This document shows, piece after piece, positions 22,801-34,800 of a stretch of DNA of 64,000 nt. The stretch lies in NCBI GenBank assembly GCA_964036045.1, contig OZ038379.1, forward strand, positions 29,512,001-29,576,000, in the 5' to 3' direction. Origin of the DNA: Eutreptiella sp. 'Long Island Sound 2002' (Eukaryota > Protista > Euglenida). The notes under the pieces are model-generated. The model saw only the letters and a program-made list of their open reading frames with translations. It made no database searches and was not told the DNA's origin. Position numbers and translations under genes: made by a program. Position 1 is the stretch's first letter. The number at the start of each line of letters is the position of its first letter.

Positions 22801-25800
22801 CCCTTGTGCCTTACATAACCTGGCAACCAGAGGGAGGGGGGCGGAGGTCCCTCTTCGAGGTGCCTTGCCGAAGGCAATAGACTTTTTGGCCTATACCAGT
22901 AGGGTTGGAAAATTCGTTTCACCACATGTGTCTACACCCAAAATGCTCAGACTTGTGGGTACAAATTTCGTCCCACTGTGGAGGCCCCTTGGCGTGGGAT
23001 TATGGAGCGGTATTGATTTTTCCCCAGTATGGGGCTCTTGAGAAAGTAGGGGCTATGTAGCCATATTGCACATTCATGATTTCTCCCCACTATGGGGACC
23101 CCAAGTCGAGGCTTGGCTTCAGGTTATGGTGCCTCTCTTATTTCCTCTTGGTAGGGGACCCGTTGGCCTGGGTGACGTGGCCACCCGTGGCCAAGGGAGA
23201 TGTGGCCACCAACACGATTGCTTGCAAACAATAGGATGTAAACAGTAGATGAAGACAACGTTGTTGATGTTACTATGTGTTGTGCACTGCTTGCCAGATA
23301 CAAGTTCAGTTTTATATGTATCTTTTCCCGTTCACAGTTGCAACACAGCTGCACTGTGCACTGTCCTGCACCTAAGATCCCAACAAAGACAAAAAAAGGC
23401 AACCACAGCCACAACAGTTTATGCTGAGCAGGTCATTATGCTACCAGTGCGGTCCTGCAGGGGTGCTCCCCCCTAGAACCCCCCCCCCCCCCTCCCGTGG
23501 ACCGTGCCCCGGCCTGGTCAAGCGAAGCCCTGCCCTGCCTGGACAGGGGTGCTCCAGGTCTGGGGCTTCAAACAGCCACAGATGGTGGAGCATGTCTCAG
23601 AGCCTTCACCCCCGCACATAACGTGGAGAAAGAGGCTGAGAGATAAGGCTACTGTGTGGGAGCAGCTGAAGTCTGCAGCCCATGGGGATCGGTTGCATTG
23701 ACAATGCCGAGTTGTACGTAGCCTGGTTTTCGGATTGTTGTTCGTGTATTGGGGAGTTCAGGTTATTTTTTCTTGGCCAAGGGCACACTTTCAATTTGCC
23801 TTGAGCTGGTTAGATTCCCATCCCTTTCTCGTCACCTTCACCTTTTTCTGCTTGGTGGCCAAAGGTTGGGGCAGGTGGTGCTGTGGAAGGAATCAATCCA
23901 CCCGCCCCAAAAGAATATATTATTTAGCCCTCACCATCATGTCACCCAGGTGCACAGGAATGTCCGAAAAGTAGATGAAAGTGGCTTTCTTGAATTGGTC
24001 TGATCCCAGTCCATTCCGCCCCCCTCCCCCCACCACACCAATGTTGCCTTTCAGGCCCCACCCTTTCGGGTGTCACAGCCATTCAGAACTCACCTGCCCA
24101 GTTTTTCCTTGTGTGATGTTGGTTCCCAGCTTTCCGCGCCTCTTCCCTTTTTGTGGGAAGCTTGTGTGAGTCAGCCCGAGGTGGTTTTGGGGCAATGCCA
24201 GTCGCCAAAATATGACAGGCCGGAGCGCCCGATCGTTTGGGCAAAACAAAGGGGTTCCAGTGTTGAAATATTGTACTCAGGGTTAGAAATGGAATTGCGT
24301 TGGGAAATGCTCTTCGATCTTTGTGATTACTTTTCAAACCGTTTCAGGGGATAGTATGCCTGGGTGCTTTTTGCTTGGGAGGGCATGGGTTGTAACATGG
24401 GCTCCATTGAATACTGACACATTTCCTCTTCTTGCAATGTCTCTTGAACTCGTGCTTCCGAGGGTCGGTTGCCTCTAACAGGAGGTATCCCCAAAGGGTT
24501 TGTAGGGATATCCCCAGGGCCTCCCAGAAGTGTGTACCCATGGCAGGGTGCACACGTCTGTAGCACAGCCTTTCCTTGTAGTGCCAGAGACCCCAAAACT
24601 GCAATGAGGCTGCAGGGGAAAGCTGGGAGGACAAGGATTTGCTGCTGTCGGGGGCTGGCAGGGTTTCTGAGCACCTCCCAGAAGCGTACACTGTTGGCTG
24701 ATGCACGCTCATGAATGGTGCTTGTCTGTGTACTGAGAGCTTTGTGCTGTGCAATCGTTTTGTCCAACCTGCCTGCTGCAGAATCAGTGGACCTTGGCAA
24801 TCAGTTGATGTATACTGGGGAAGGACGGGTCGACAAGAAGGGATTTATGCAGGCTCATCAGGAATTGGAGGCTGGCAACCGTGCGCTTCTCCAGTCTATG
24901 ATCCATGGCTCACATGTTCGTGTCATTCGCGGGTCTACAGCAACAAAGGTGGGCGTTCAACCATACCTTCCACCACAAGGATACAGGTTAGACTCTCTTC
25001 TCCTGATTATGCGTTGACCATGCCCAAGGATGCTCAGATTACAAATGGGGCCTTTGTGGGGCCGCCCCAACTTGATTTGGGTAGTCCTCTTAGGAAGGGG
25101 CAGGTTTGGGATGGCATGAGTAGGCAGACAGGTGGAGAGCATTTCTCCTCATTTTGGCCGAGTTTTACTTACCGAACCTTCGTTTTCATTCTTTTGCCCT
25201 CCCTCCCTCCAATCCTGTGTATACACGGGTTGGACCTGCCACAGAACCTGTCAGAACCTCACTCGGCAGCAGGAAGACCATTCGGTGCTGTCCCAGCCCT
25301 GAATTCACATGGTAAGAGCCTCAGACACATACATGTCAGCGCACACAGCCTCACCATGACCCTTGCTTCGTAGAAGCGAGCCCAATTAAGGATGGAGGAA
25401 GGTAGATACTGCCGGGCAAATCAGTGCAAATATCTGTCCACAAATCAGTGCACGTACCATTGCAACCGTCAGTGCCATATTCCTTTGGCTATGATGCAAG
25501 AAACAGAGTGCCTAGGAGAAGGGAGGCCAACCCAGGTGCACAAGGCACCTCTAGAGTTGCACAGATGAATGAATGCACAGACAAGACCGGAGGAAAAATG
25601 ACAAAATGTGTACCGGGGAACACATGTACCCGCATATTGTATCCGGTAACAAAATAATGTTCCCCAGCATGCCTGACGACGAGGACGTCGTAGAAGGTCG
25701 TCAGGCATGTCGGGGAACATGTTGGGTAACATTTTACCAAAATGTGGGAACATTTTCCGTTTCACATTCAAAACACAATTTTTGGACCAAACCACCATTC

Positions 25801-28800
25801 TCAACAGATCCAGCACCCTCAAAAAACCCCCTTGCCCACAAAAGCACAGCAGGTGACCGGTGACGTTGGGGAACACCCCGGGTGGTACCCTCCCCCCCCC
25901 GTGCCCAAGAACCACCTTGCGCAAGAACCAACCCCTGGTTCCGCGGTCAAATTCTCACATCACTTTTTTTACCAGGGTAGTGGGTCTTTCATGTTTCTGG
26001 TGGATGTAGGACAGCTATTCAGGTGTGCAGGACATCATTTCATGTGTGTTACTATGGGTCCCCCCATCAGGGGGGACCCTATCAGTCACTCACAGGCTCA
26101 TGTTTGCTTTTGCACCACCTCTTCCATTCCTTGTTCTGTACCACAGACGTTCCCATGTACACTGCCGGTGAGTCTGTCTTCTATCGGCGATCTGATGGCT
26201 CTCTTGTTCCAGCCACTGTGTTGGGTCCTGGTGCCCAGTCTGAGACCGTGCAGATTGAGTACAAACGCAATGAGCGTCTGGTGAGGCACCCAGCTGCTTT
26301 AATTGCCAACCTCTCGCGTCCCATTCCCACGATCCCCGATCCTCCGGAATGGGACAGTGCACCAAGTCGGTCCCCATCCCCACCCCCAAGGACACGACCA
26401 ATGGAACGATCTGCCAAACGACGCCCACGGCATTCTGCGCCCCCCAGTGTGCGACCTGTCCAGATTCAACCAGAGATTACCAATTTCTTTTCTGCGGCGC
26501 CTGTCCAGAAGCAAACGGAGATCACCAACTTTTTTGGGCCTAATGCTTCACTCCCCACCAGTAGCAGTTCTGCACAGGACACTGCACCCACAATCGTTGT
26601 CCGCGCGGAGCCGGCAGTTCGCAAGCGCAAGCGGTCACGAGCTGAAAGCGACAGGGCGCCAAAGCGTGTGCATTACGATGTACGTCGCAAATTGCGTTGT
26701 TTGGCGTACTCTGACAAGCACGGGCCACGCGAGGCAGCACGCATCTACAAAGTGGGGAGCCACGGTTCGGTGTGTAAGTGGGACGACAAGCGCAAGGCGT
26801 TGGAAAAATTGGCGAAAAAAAAGGGCACGGCAAAGAGTCTTCACCCCGGCAAGCAATCACGGTATCATGAACTGGAGGGGGAGCTCCGAGCGTGGATTGT
26901 CAAGCGACGTGCACGACGCATTTGCGTGACGAAACGAATGGTGATAGCAAAGGCGTACAAGATGAGTACAGAAATAGCACAGCTCAAGGGTGATCGTTTG
27001 GCCAATTGGTGGTCTGGATTTCGGCGCCGGAGGAGACTGACGATGAAGAAAGTATCGTCATACCGCCGCGTGGATGACGAATTGCTGGCACCTTTACTAA
27101 AGCACTACAGGTCCGTATGTGTCCATTTTCGTCCCGCGTGCAGCCATTTTCGTCGTGCGCGCATCAAATTTCGCTGTGTGCGCGTGTACTTTGCAGGGCC
27201 AACATCCACCGTAGCCTTAGAGATCGCCGATATCAGTGGATCGGAAGCGGCGATGAGACTAGCGTGTCTCTCGAGCCAATTGCAAAGACCACCCTTGAAG
27301 CGAAGGGGGTGAGGAAGTCGGTGACGCGCATCCGGGGCCGCATCAAGGACAATGTCACCGTGTATCTTCATTTCATGGTCCGTGTGGAGCACACCACCGA
27401 TGCCGACGGTGATCCCGCACTGGCCCTCACTGATATTTTGCGTGGAAGACCCACCATTGTGTGGAAGGGTAAACCCAATGGTCGCGTGCAACAAGAGGTA
27501 CAGAAAAACAGAGTTGCACGTGTTGCACAAACAGTTCAGGTCAATGCAAAAACGGATGAAAGAACGATGCTATATATTGTAAAAAATGCATTGCCACCGT
27601 TGCCTGCCAAAGACAAGGGCCTGTACCCAGTGGATGGGGCTCCATCACACATGCATGCGTCCGTTCCTTTGGCGATGAAAAAGCAGAGGTATCAGGAATA
27701 TATTAGCCCACCAGGTGTGACCCCATGGGCGCAGGCCTGTGATAAGATAGAAATAAACAAAAATTTTGGCCAAGACATGGAACATCGGTACACAGATTGG
27801 GTCGGAGAGGAGCTGGAACGCGATCCTGATGACCGCAAACCAGTCCCTGCCCCACCCCGGGACCTGTTCGCACAGTGGGTCCGAGACGCCTGGGAGCATA
27901 TCCCTGATGAGGATCTGCGTAAGGCTATGCTGCGTGCTATTTTTCCAGGCGGTTTGAAGCTATCGCAGCTTGAAGATGTTGCGTTTTTTGCAGAGCAACA
28001 CCCAATGAACGTCGATTTTTCTGGGCACGCAGCCCAGAATGACTGTGACTCCGATTCCTGCATGGACACTGGAACAGACACAGATTCAGATTCAGACGCA
28101 GATGCAGATTCTTCCAGTGACTCGGGGTCGGACGTTGGGGATGTCTTTGACTCTGATGACAGTTCTGACTCTGACGGGGCAGGTGATGGTGCTTCTGCGA
28201 ATGACCAGTGTGTGGATATCATCTGGGCAAAGGCAGCCAGGGGTGTCTGGGGCTTGGCACATGTGTTCAACAACAAGCGGTTTTTCACAAGGGACATCAT
28301 GGATGATGATGCAGTCCCCATGCATTTTAATGTCCCAGACCCCAAGCCTAAGCCTAAGCCGAAGCCAGCTCCAAAGGCGGGTGTAGCACCGAAGCCTGGC
28401 CCCAAGGGGCAGCACAGACAGGAATTGAGGATGGTGTATCACAGGAAGAAGGGTTTCACGTCTCAGCCAGTTGAACAGTAGATCATCCCATGCACGTTGG
28501 AAGGCACACTACAGCCCAGTCAGCTGCGATTCACTCCTTTGGTGTTCATTTGTCAACGTGGTTAACTGTGGGAAAGGAGAGGGCACGCATGTCCCGGCGC
28601 AACACGCCGGAAAATTTTTTTTCCGCGGTACGGGGTTGCCCACGGCTGTGCGCAAGAACCAACCCCTGGTTCCGCGGTCAAATTTAGGGGGAAAAGTGTG
28701 CGCAAGAACCAACCCCTGGTTCCGCGGTCAAACATTGCTGGTTCTTGGGCACGGGGGGGGAGGGTAAGGTGGAGGCTGCGAAGCTGAAGGTGGGGAAGCC

Positions 28801-31800
28801 CGTGTTGGTGCAGAAGAGGCAGAGCCGCGGGGGCGTTTACTTCGGCACCATCCGCAAGGTACCCTCGTTCTTTGCACTCCTCGTGTCAGGTTTGCATTTT
28901 TTTCTTCCTGCATTTCTTTTTGCTCTTCTCCTCTGTGCAGTTAACAACGAGGGAGATCATCCTCACCGACACCGTCAGCTACAATGCCTCGCAAGGTAAA
29001 CCAACAAATGTCAGGTTTTCCTTTCGTATTCCTTGTTATTTTCCCATGTTCCCGTTTCCCACATGTATCGCGTTGACCCCGTTTTGCTGCCTTCCCCTTC
29101 TTGTCCTCCGACGTTTCCTTGTGTAGGCGCGTTGCAGTCCACCACTGCCGCCGGGACCGTGTCGTCTCGCTCTGGCGGCTTGTCGACATCAAGGCCCAAA
29201 AGAAGAAGAAGAAGAAGGGGGACTCCAGCAGTGAGGATGAGTCCTCCTCATCGTCGTCATCCTCTTCCGATTCTTCTTCTTCAGCCTCCTCCAGGTATGC
29301 CCGCCTTCTTGTGGGTAGTTTCACTTTTCCACATTGTTCCTCCGCCCTTATCCTTTCGTTGTTCCGTAATGAGAATGAGGATGAGAATGAAGATGAGAAG
29401 GCGGAAGGGGAGTCGTCAGGCGATGTGTCCGAGGTCAAGGTCAAGGAAGCGGAGGACGTCAAGGACGTGAAGGGAAAGGGAAAGGGAAAGAGGGCAAACG
29501 AGGGGAAGGTGGCACCCAAGGACACAGAATTCAAGGCAGAGGGGAGCGCACAGTGTCGCGACAAAGGAAAAGAAGAAAGCAAGAAGGAAGCAACGAAGAA
29601 GAAGTGGCACAGGAAGGACAAAGCAGAAGAGGAAGAGGAAGAGGAAGAGAAGCCCACAAAGAAGAGGAAGGGCAAAGAAGAAGAGGGAGAGGAGGAGAAG
29701 CCCAAAAAGAAGGGCAAGGCGGTTCCCGTCGGTAAGTTAACACGGTTCGCAACCGTCAAACCCTCTAAGGCAGGAGGCGCCAGGACTGTGCCGGTAGGGG
29801 CACCCGCAGGGAGAGGACGGTCGCCGGCGCGTGCCATGCCCACGGGATCCGGAAATTTATCAACAAGCTCGGGGACCTCATTGGCATCAAACTAGCCCAG
29901 GTCAAGCAGCACTATCGTGTTTGCCTAGACAGGGGCAGCCGGTCGGACAAGGGACACGGGCGTGCTCTGCTGGCGGCCTGTGTCATTGCGCCCTGTGAGG
30001 CTGAGGCAGATGTGCCGGACAGGGCCTGCGGCGTGCGGGGGGAATACAGGTACGCGCAAGTACGGGCACAAGAAGGCTAGCGAGATCGTGGGAGATGGAG
30101 GAGGACTGCCCACGGTCGGGGGCATTGATGTACTCAGGTGTGCGTGTTGGGAACACTAAGAACGTTCGGGAACAACTCTATTACCGGGTACATTTAGCGG
30201 GTACACGTGTACCCGACGCTGAGAACGTTGGAGAACAATACTGTTAGCGGGTACAATACGCGGGTACACATGTGTTACCGGGTACAATTAGCGGGCACAC
30301 GTGTACCCGACGCTGAGAACGTTGGGGAACAATACTAGTAGCGGGTACAATACGCGGGTACACATGTGTTACGAGGTACAGTTAGCGGGTACACGTGTAC
30401 CTGGAGCTCAGAACATTGGTTAACAATATTGTTAGCTGGTACAATGCGCGGGTACACATGTTCCCTCTTGTTTTTGTCTTTTGTTACTGTCTGTAGTGGA
30501 GTTCGTGAAGGAAGTGGCGGTGTGCCCAGGGTGTGTGGGGACCGAGAACCCGGATGAGGACGTCAACGTCAACGACGACGATTTCGGCCAGCCGAGCCCC
30601 CTCTCCTCAATCCACAGCCCCCCGGGTTTGAGCGCACAAACCCTCCGTCACCGCGACAAGCAGCAACAACACCAGCAGCCGCAGTGCCACCAGCAGCCGC
30701 GGCACCACCAGCAGCAACAACACAAGCAGCACCTCCAGGTCCCAGTTCCTCACCTCTCGCACAGACGCCAAAGGAAAGGGGGAAGTGTGGCCAATGGCAT
30801 GAGCGGGGGGAGCGACAAAAGCATGATGTTTGGGTATGAGATGGCAAATCTCTGGGAATTGAGCCTCGAAGACTTGATGGCATTGCGTACAAAGTGTGGG
30901 CGGTGGCTGTAGCACATTGAGTTGGAGATAAGGAGCGGCGGCAGGAGCAACGGGACATCATGGACCATCAAGAGGTGGAAAGGGAAGCGGAGGCAGCACG
31001 GCGCGGGAGGCTGAGGGCAGAATCAGATCCCCAATATGACCCAAGTATGCCCACCGACGACGGGGACTGGAACACAGACCCCGCGGTCCACCCCACACCC
31101 GACGCCACCTCAGAGCCCAAGACAGAGGATGACCCGAACGTCCAAGAAGACAATCCGGATCTCTAGGAGGTCCCGCTCGACCCGGAGGACAACCCCGACA
31201 TCCAGCAGCCCGCGCTCCACATGGATGACGACCCGAACGTCCAACAACCCCCGCTCCACATGGAGGACGACCCGCCCAAGCAGCCCCCACCCAATACGGA
31301 GCGTGAAGTCGTGCGGATGTGTCCGAATTGCCGGATGGAGTGGGATGTCAACGCGGCGCCGGAGCTGTGCACCGAGTGCCCAAATACCAAGCGCATCAAC
31401 ATGGAGTGGCCGCCCGGGACTGACCATCATTGCACGATCTTCGGTCCACGGCAAGTATGCATCCTGGTCGTCCCTGCCGCTCCCTTTAGCTGTTCTTTTG
31501 CACGATGGTGTGTGTGTGTGTGTGTGTGTGTTTGTTTCCAGGGGCGGACTGCAAAAGCTGAGGTAGAAGCAGAAGCAGAAGCTGAGGGTGCCGCAACGGA
31601 GGCAAAAGATCAAAAAGAGAAGGAGGAAGAACAGACGGTATGTGTCCGGGTCGTCGCTGTCCGCCCCTTTGGTTGTTCCTTTGCGAAATTGTGTGTGTCT
31701 GTGTTTCCAGGGGTACGCCCAAGAAGGAGAAGCTGCAGAAGCCGAGGTACTGCAACGGAGGAGGAACAGAAAGTATGTGTCCTGGTCATCACTGTCCGTT

Positions 31801-34800
31801 GCTTTGGATGTTCCGTTGTGCAATTGAGTTTGTGGGTTTTCAGGGGCACACGGCAAACGGTGCCGCAGCGGAGGTAGGCACGGAGGCAGAACGGGATGAA
31901 GAAGAGAAGGGGGAAGCACGAACAAATCCTGAAAGCAAAGAGAAAGCACAGGTAGGTCCAACTTGTTGTGTGTGCACGAACAGGGGTACACCCGTACCCC
32001 CGAATTGGACCTGCTGCACCCCAACGTTAGGAACCTTCTAAACGTCGCTGTCGTCCGGGTTCACGTGTACCTGGATAATGTACCTGGTGTTCTGCGACGT
32101 TCTGAACGTTGCTGTCGTCCGGGTGCAGGTGTACCCGAATATGGACCCGGTAACAAATGGTGTTCCCCAACGTCGCTGTTGTCCGGGTACACGTGTACCC
32201 GGATAATGTACCCGGTAACAAAATAGTGTTCCCCAACGTTCTAAACGTCGCTGTTGTCCCGGGTACGCGTGTAGCCACGTAATGTACCCGTTAACATTTA
32301 ATGTTCCCCAACGTTTCTTCAGGCTGCGAAGAAGGAGAAGAAGGAGAAGCGGGAGGCGGCCTTCCTGGCCCACCAGGCAGCTCTGCTGGCCGCCCACCAA
32401 GGGGGCCGGCAAGACCCCCCGTCCCCGAAGGGACCCCCGCTGCTGGCGCAGCATGAGAAGACCGACGAGGCGTTAGGGTTGAAGTGGAGTTGCGGGTGCA
32501 GTGCGCGCGATCCGCGTAGACAACGCGTTTGTGTTATGCGTGAATAGGTTGGAAAAGCAGTGCGCACAATTTGCACAAGAAGCAGTGCGCATGGACCCGC
32601 TGCCTAACTGTGACCCGTGACTTGCATTATTTATTTTTCTTTGGAACCTGGCGACGACTGCACAACATGTGTTGAAAAAAGATCACCCAAACGATCACTT
32701 CGTGCAAAGCGTGCCAGGGCAGGTAGGGACCGAGATGGAACAACTTCGCGGGCTCGCAGGTTCACGGGTCAATGATTGGAACAACTACACAGCTCCGCAA
32801 GTTCACAGGTCAATGATTGGAACAACTACGCAGGTCCGCAGGTTCACAAGTCAATAGGAATTGATAGAACTTGATAGGAATAGCAATAGGAATAGGAATT
32901 GGATTAATGAACCCGCACCGAACCAAGATGTCCAATTGTTATTCTTCTGCCAATAGGAAAGTATGCGATGGAAATGTGGCCCCCTCCGTGCGAGGAAGTG
33001 TGCTGCCCAAATCAGTGCGGGTAAACCTAGGCATGGCCAATGCGTCCTTGAAGGAGCGCGTAGCCCCCTAGACGTTGGGAATGCATGACCGACCCCATTC
33101 TCCGCGTGATTGAAAAGGCACTCATCAAAAAGGGCAAACGGCACCTCACCAGGTACGTGCCCAACTACTTTTGCTTGCGGCTGGCTCTAGGGATGGTGAA
33201 TCCCACCCAGATTGATGACATGTGGGACCCCAACGCCGCTGCTTACAACCCCCGTCTTAGTCGGTTGCTGTCGCGCTGCAAGATCTGGGAACGACACCGC
33301 TATGCGCAACCCAATGTGGTCTAGCTAGTGGCCAAATGCAGCAAACACTGGGCTGCAGCATGGATCATGGGGGCTTTTGTGGCTGCTGACGAGGCCATAG
33401 CCCCACACAAGGGGAAGGGGCCAATGAGGATGTACATCCCCCGCATACCGCATGCGTTAGGGGTAAAGCTGTACGTCTTGGTCGTCGACGCCACAACGCC
33501 CTATGTACTAGACATGTACATCTACAAGGGCAAGTGCAGGCTGCCGGGTGCCCGCCGGTACGAGTGCGCTGGTCGTTTCAAGGCCAGTGAAATTACAAAT
33601 TACTGGGCTGACCAGCTGCCACGGGACACAACACTAGTGTGCGCTAGCTTCTTCGGGAGCCACAAAATGGCGGATACCATTTCTCTTTTTGGCACCCAAA
33701 AATACCAAAGGCGTGCCTGCGGCGGGACAACGACTGAAGGAGGGAGCGTATCGTGTGGGCCACACGGAGGCTGGGTACTCCTTGTATGCCTTCAAAAGCC
33801 CAGCCGTGGGTAGCAAGGCGGGCAGGGTAGTGGCAGTGCTCACGAACTGCGAGGTGGTTGGACAATACACCACCCATAAGTGTGGTTATGAATTGCCAAC
33901 GGTAGTGCAAGTGTACCGGCAGGCATCAAATGATGTGGACGCTTGCAACCAGCTGGCACTACAGCTGCGCGAGACCAATCGCATGCGAACGTGGAGTGCT
34001 GCAGTGCGCGCCCTCGTCATGCGCTATGCCGCCGAACGCTTACACGGCTTCCAATTTGCTGGGCGTGCGCCAACCCAGCCTGACACTTGGTGAGTTTCAA
34101 TGGCTCACCATCAAGGGTGTGTTTCCGGACACTGAGCAGCCAATCGGAGGCGTGGTGCACGTGCCGGTGCAGTGTGACAGGGTACGCATGCGGTGCAAAC
34201 AGTGCGGCGGCGAGACAAACTGGATGTGCAGTGCATGTGGCGACCCTCTCCACGTGAAGTGCTTCGGCGTGCACCACACCGTGTAGCCACGGACATGCAA
34301 GTTAATGGTCATAGGCCATCGGGGGAAGTACCCGGTCGGGAAGCTCCCACTAACGTTGGCCCCTGCAAGAGCTAACGACCCCTGTTGCTGCCGCCCCTCG
34401 AAGGCTCTGGCTGGGGATGGAACCGCAACACCATGGTATGTCGACAACAAATGGGTACATGGGAACATGTGTTACCACTTTTTGTACCCGGGTACATGGT
34501 GTTGTTCCTCACATGTTGTGACATTGTTCCGAACACCGTTATGCGGGTACATGCTGCAAATTGTTCCCCAACGTTCCCACCGTTTGACGCTCCCAACGAA
34601 TCACAACGTGTTTTTTTGCTCTCACGTGGGTATATGCGGGTACCGGTGTACCCTCCGTACCTGGTAGCCAAAGGAACATCAATGCAAACACCAAGTCCGA
34701 CCTGCCACAGTCAGAACCTCATTGATGTGGCGGTGGGAACACCACGCATGTGGCAATCTCACAGTTTGTTTTTCACCTGCCACATTCAGAACCTCATTGA

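Noticed and set aside
27692-28405. 237-aa minus-strand ORF
   Set aside because: Antisense shadow of the pogo transposase low-complexity C-terminus.
34302-34305. TTAA as the piggyBac right end
   Set aside because: Not preceded by a GGG-type TIR end and no matching inverted partner found at other TTAA sites (28940, 29737, 30419, 32291).
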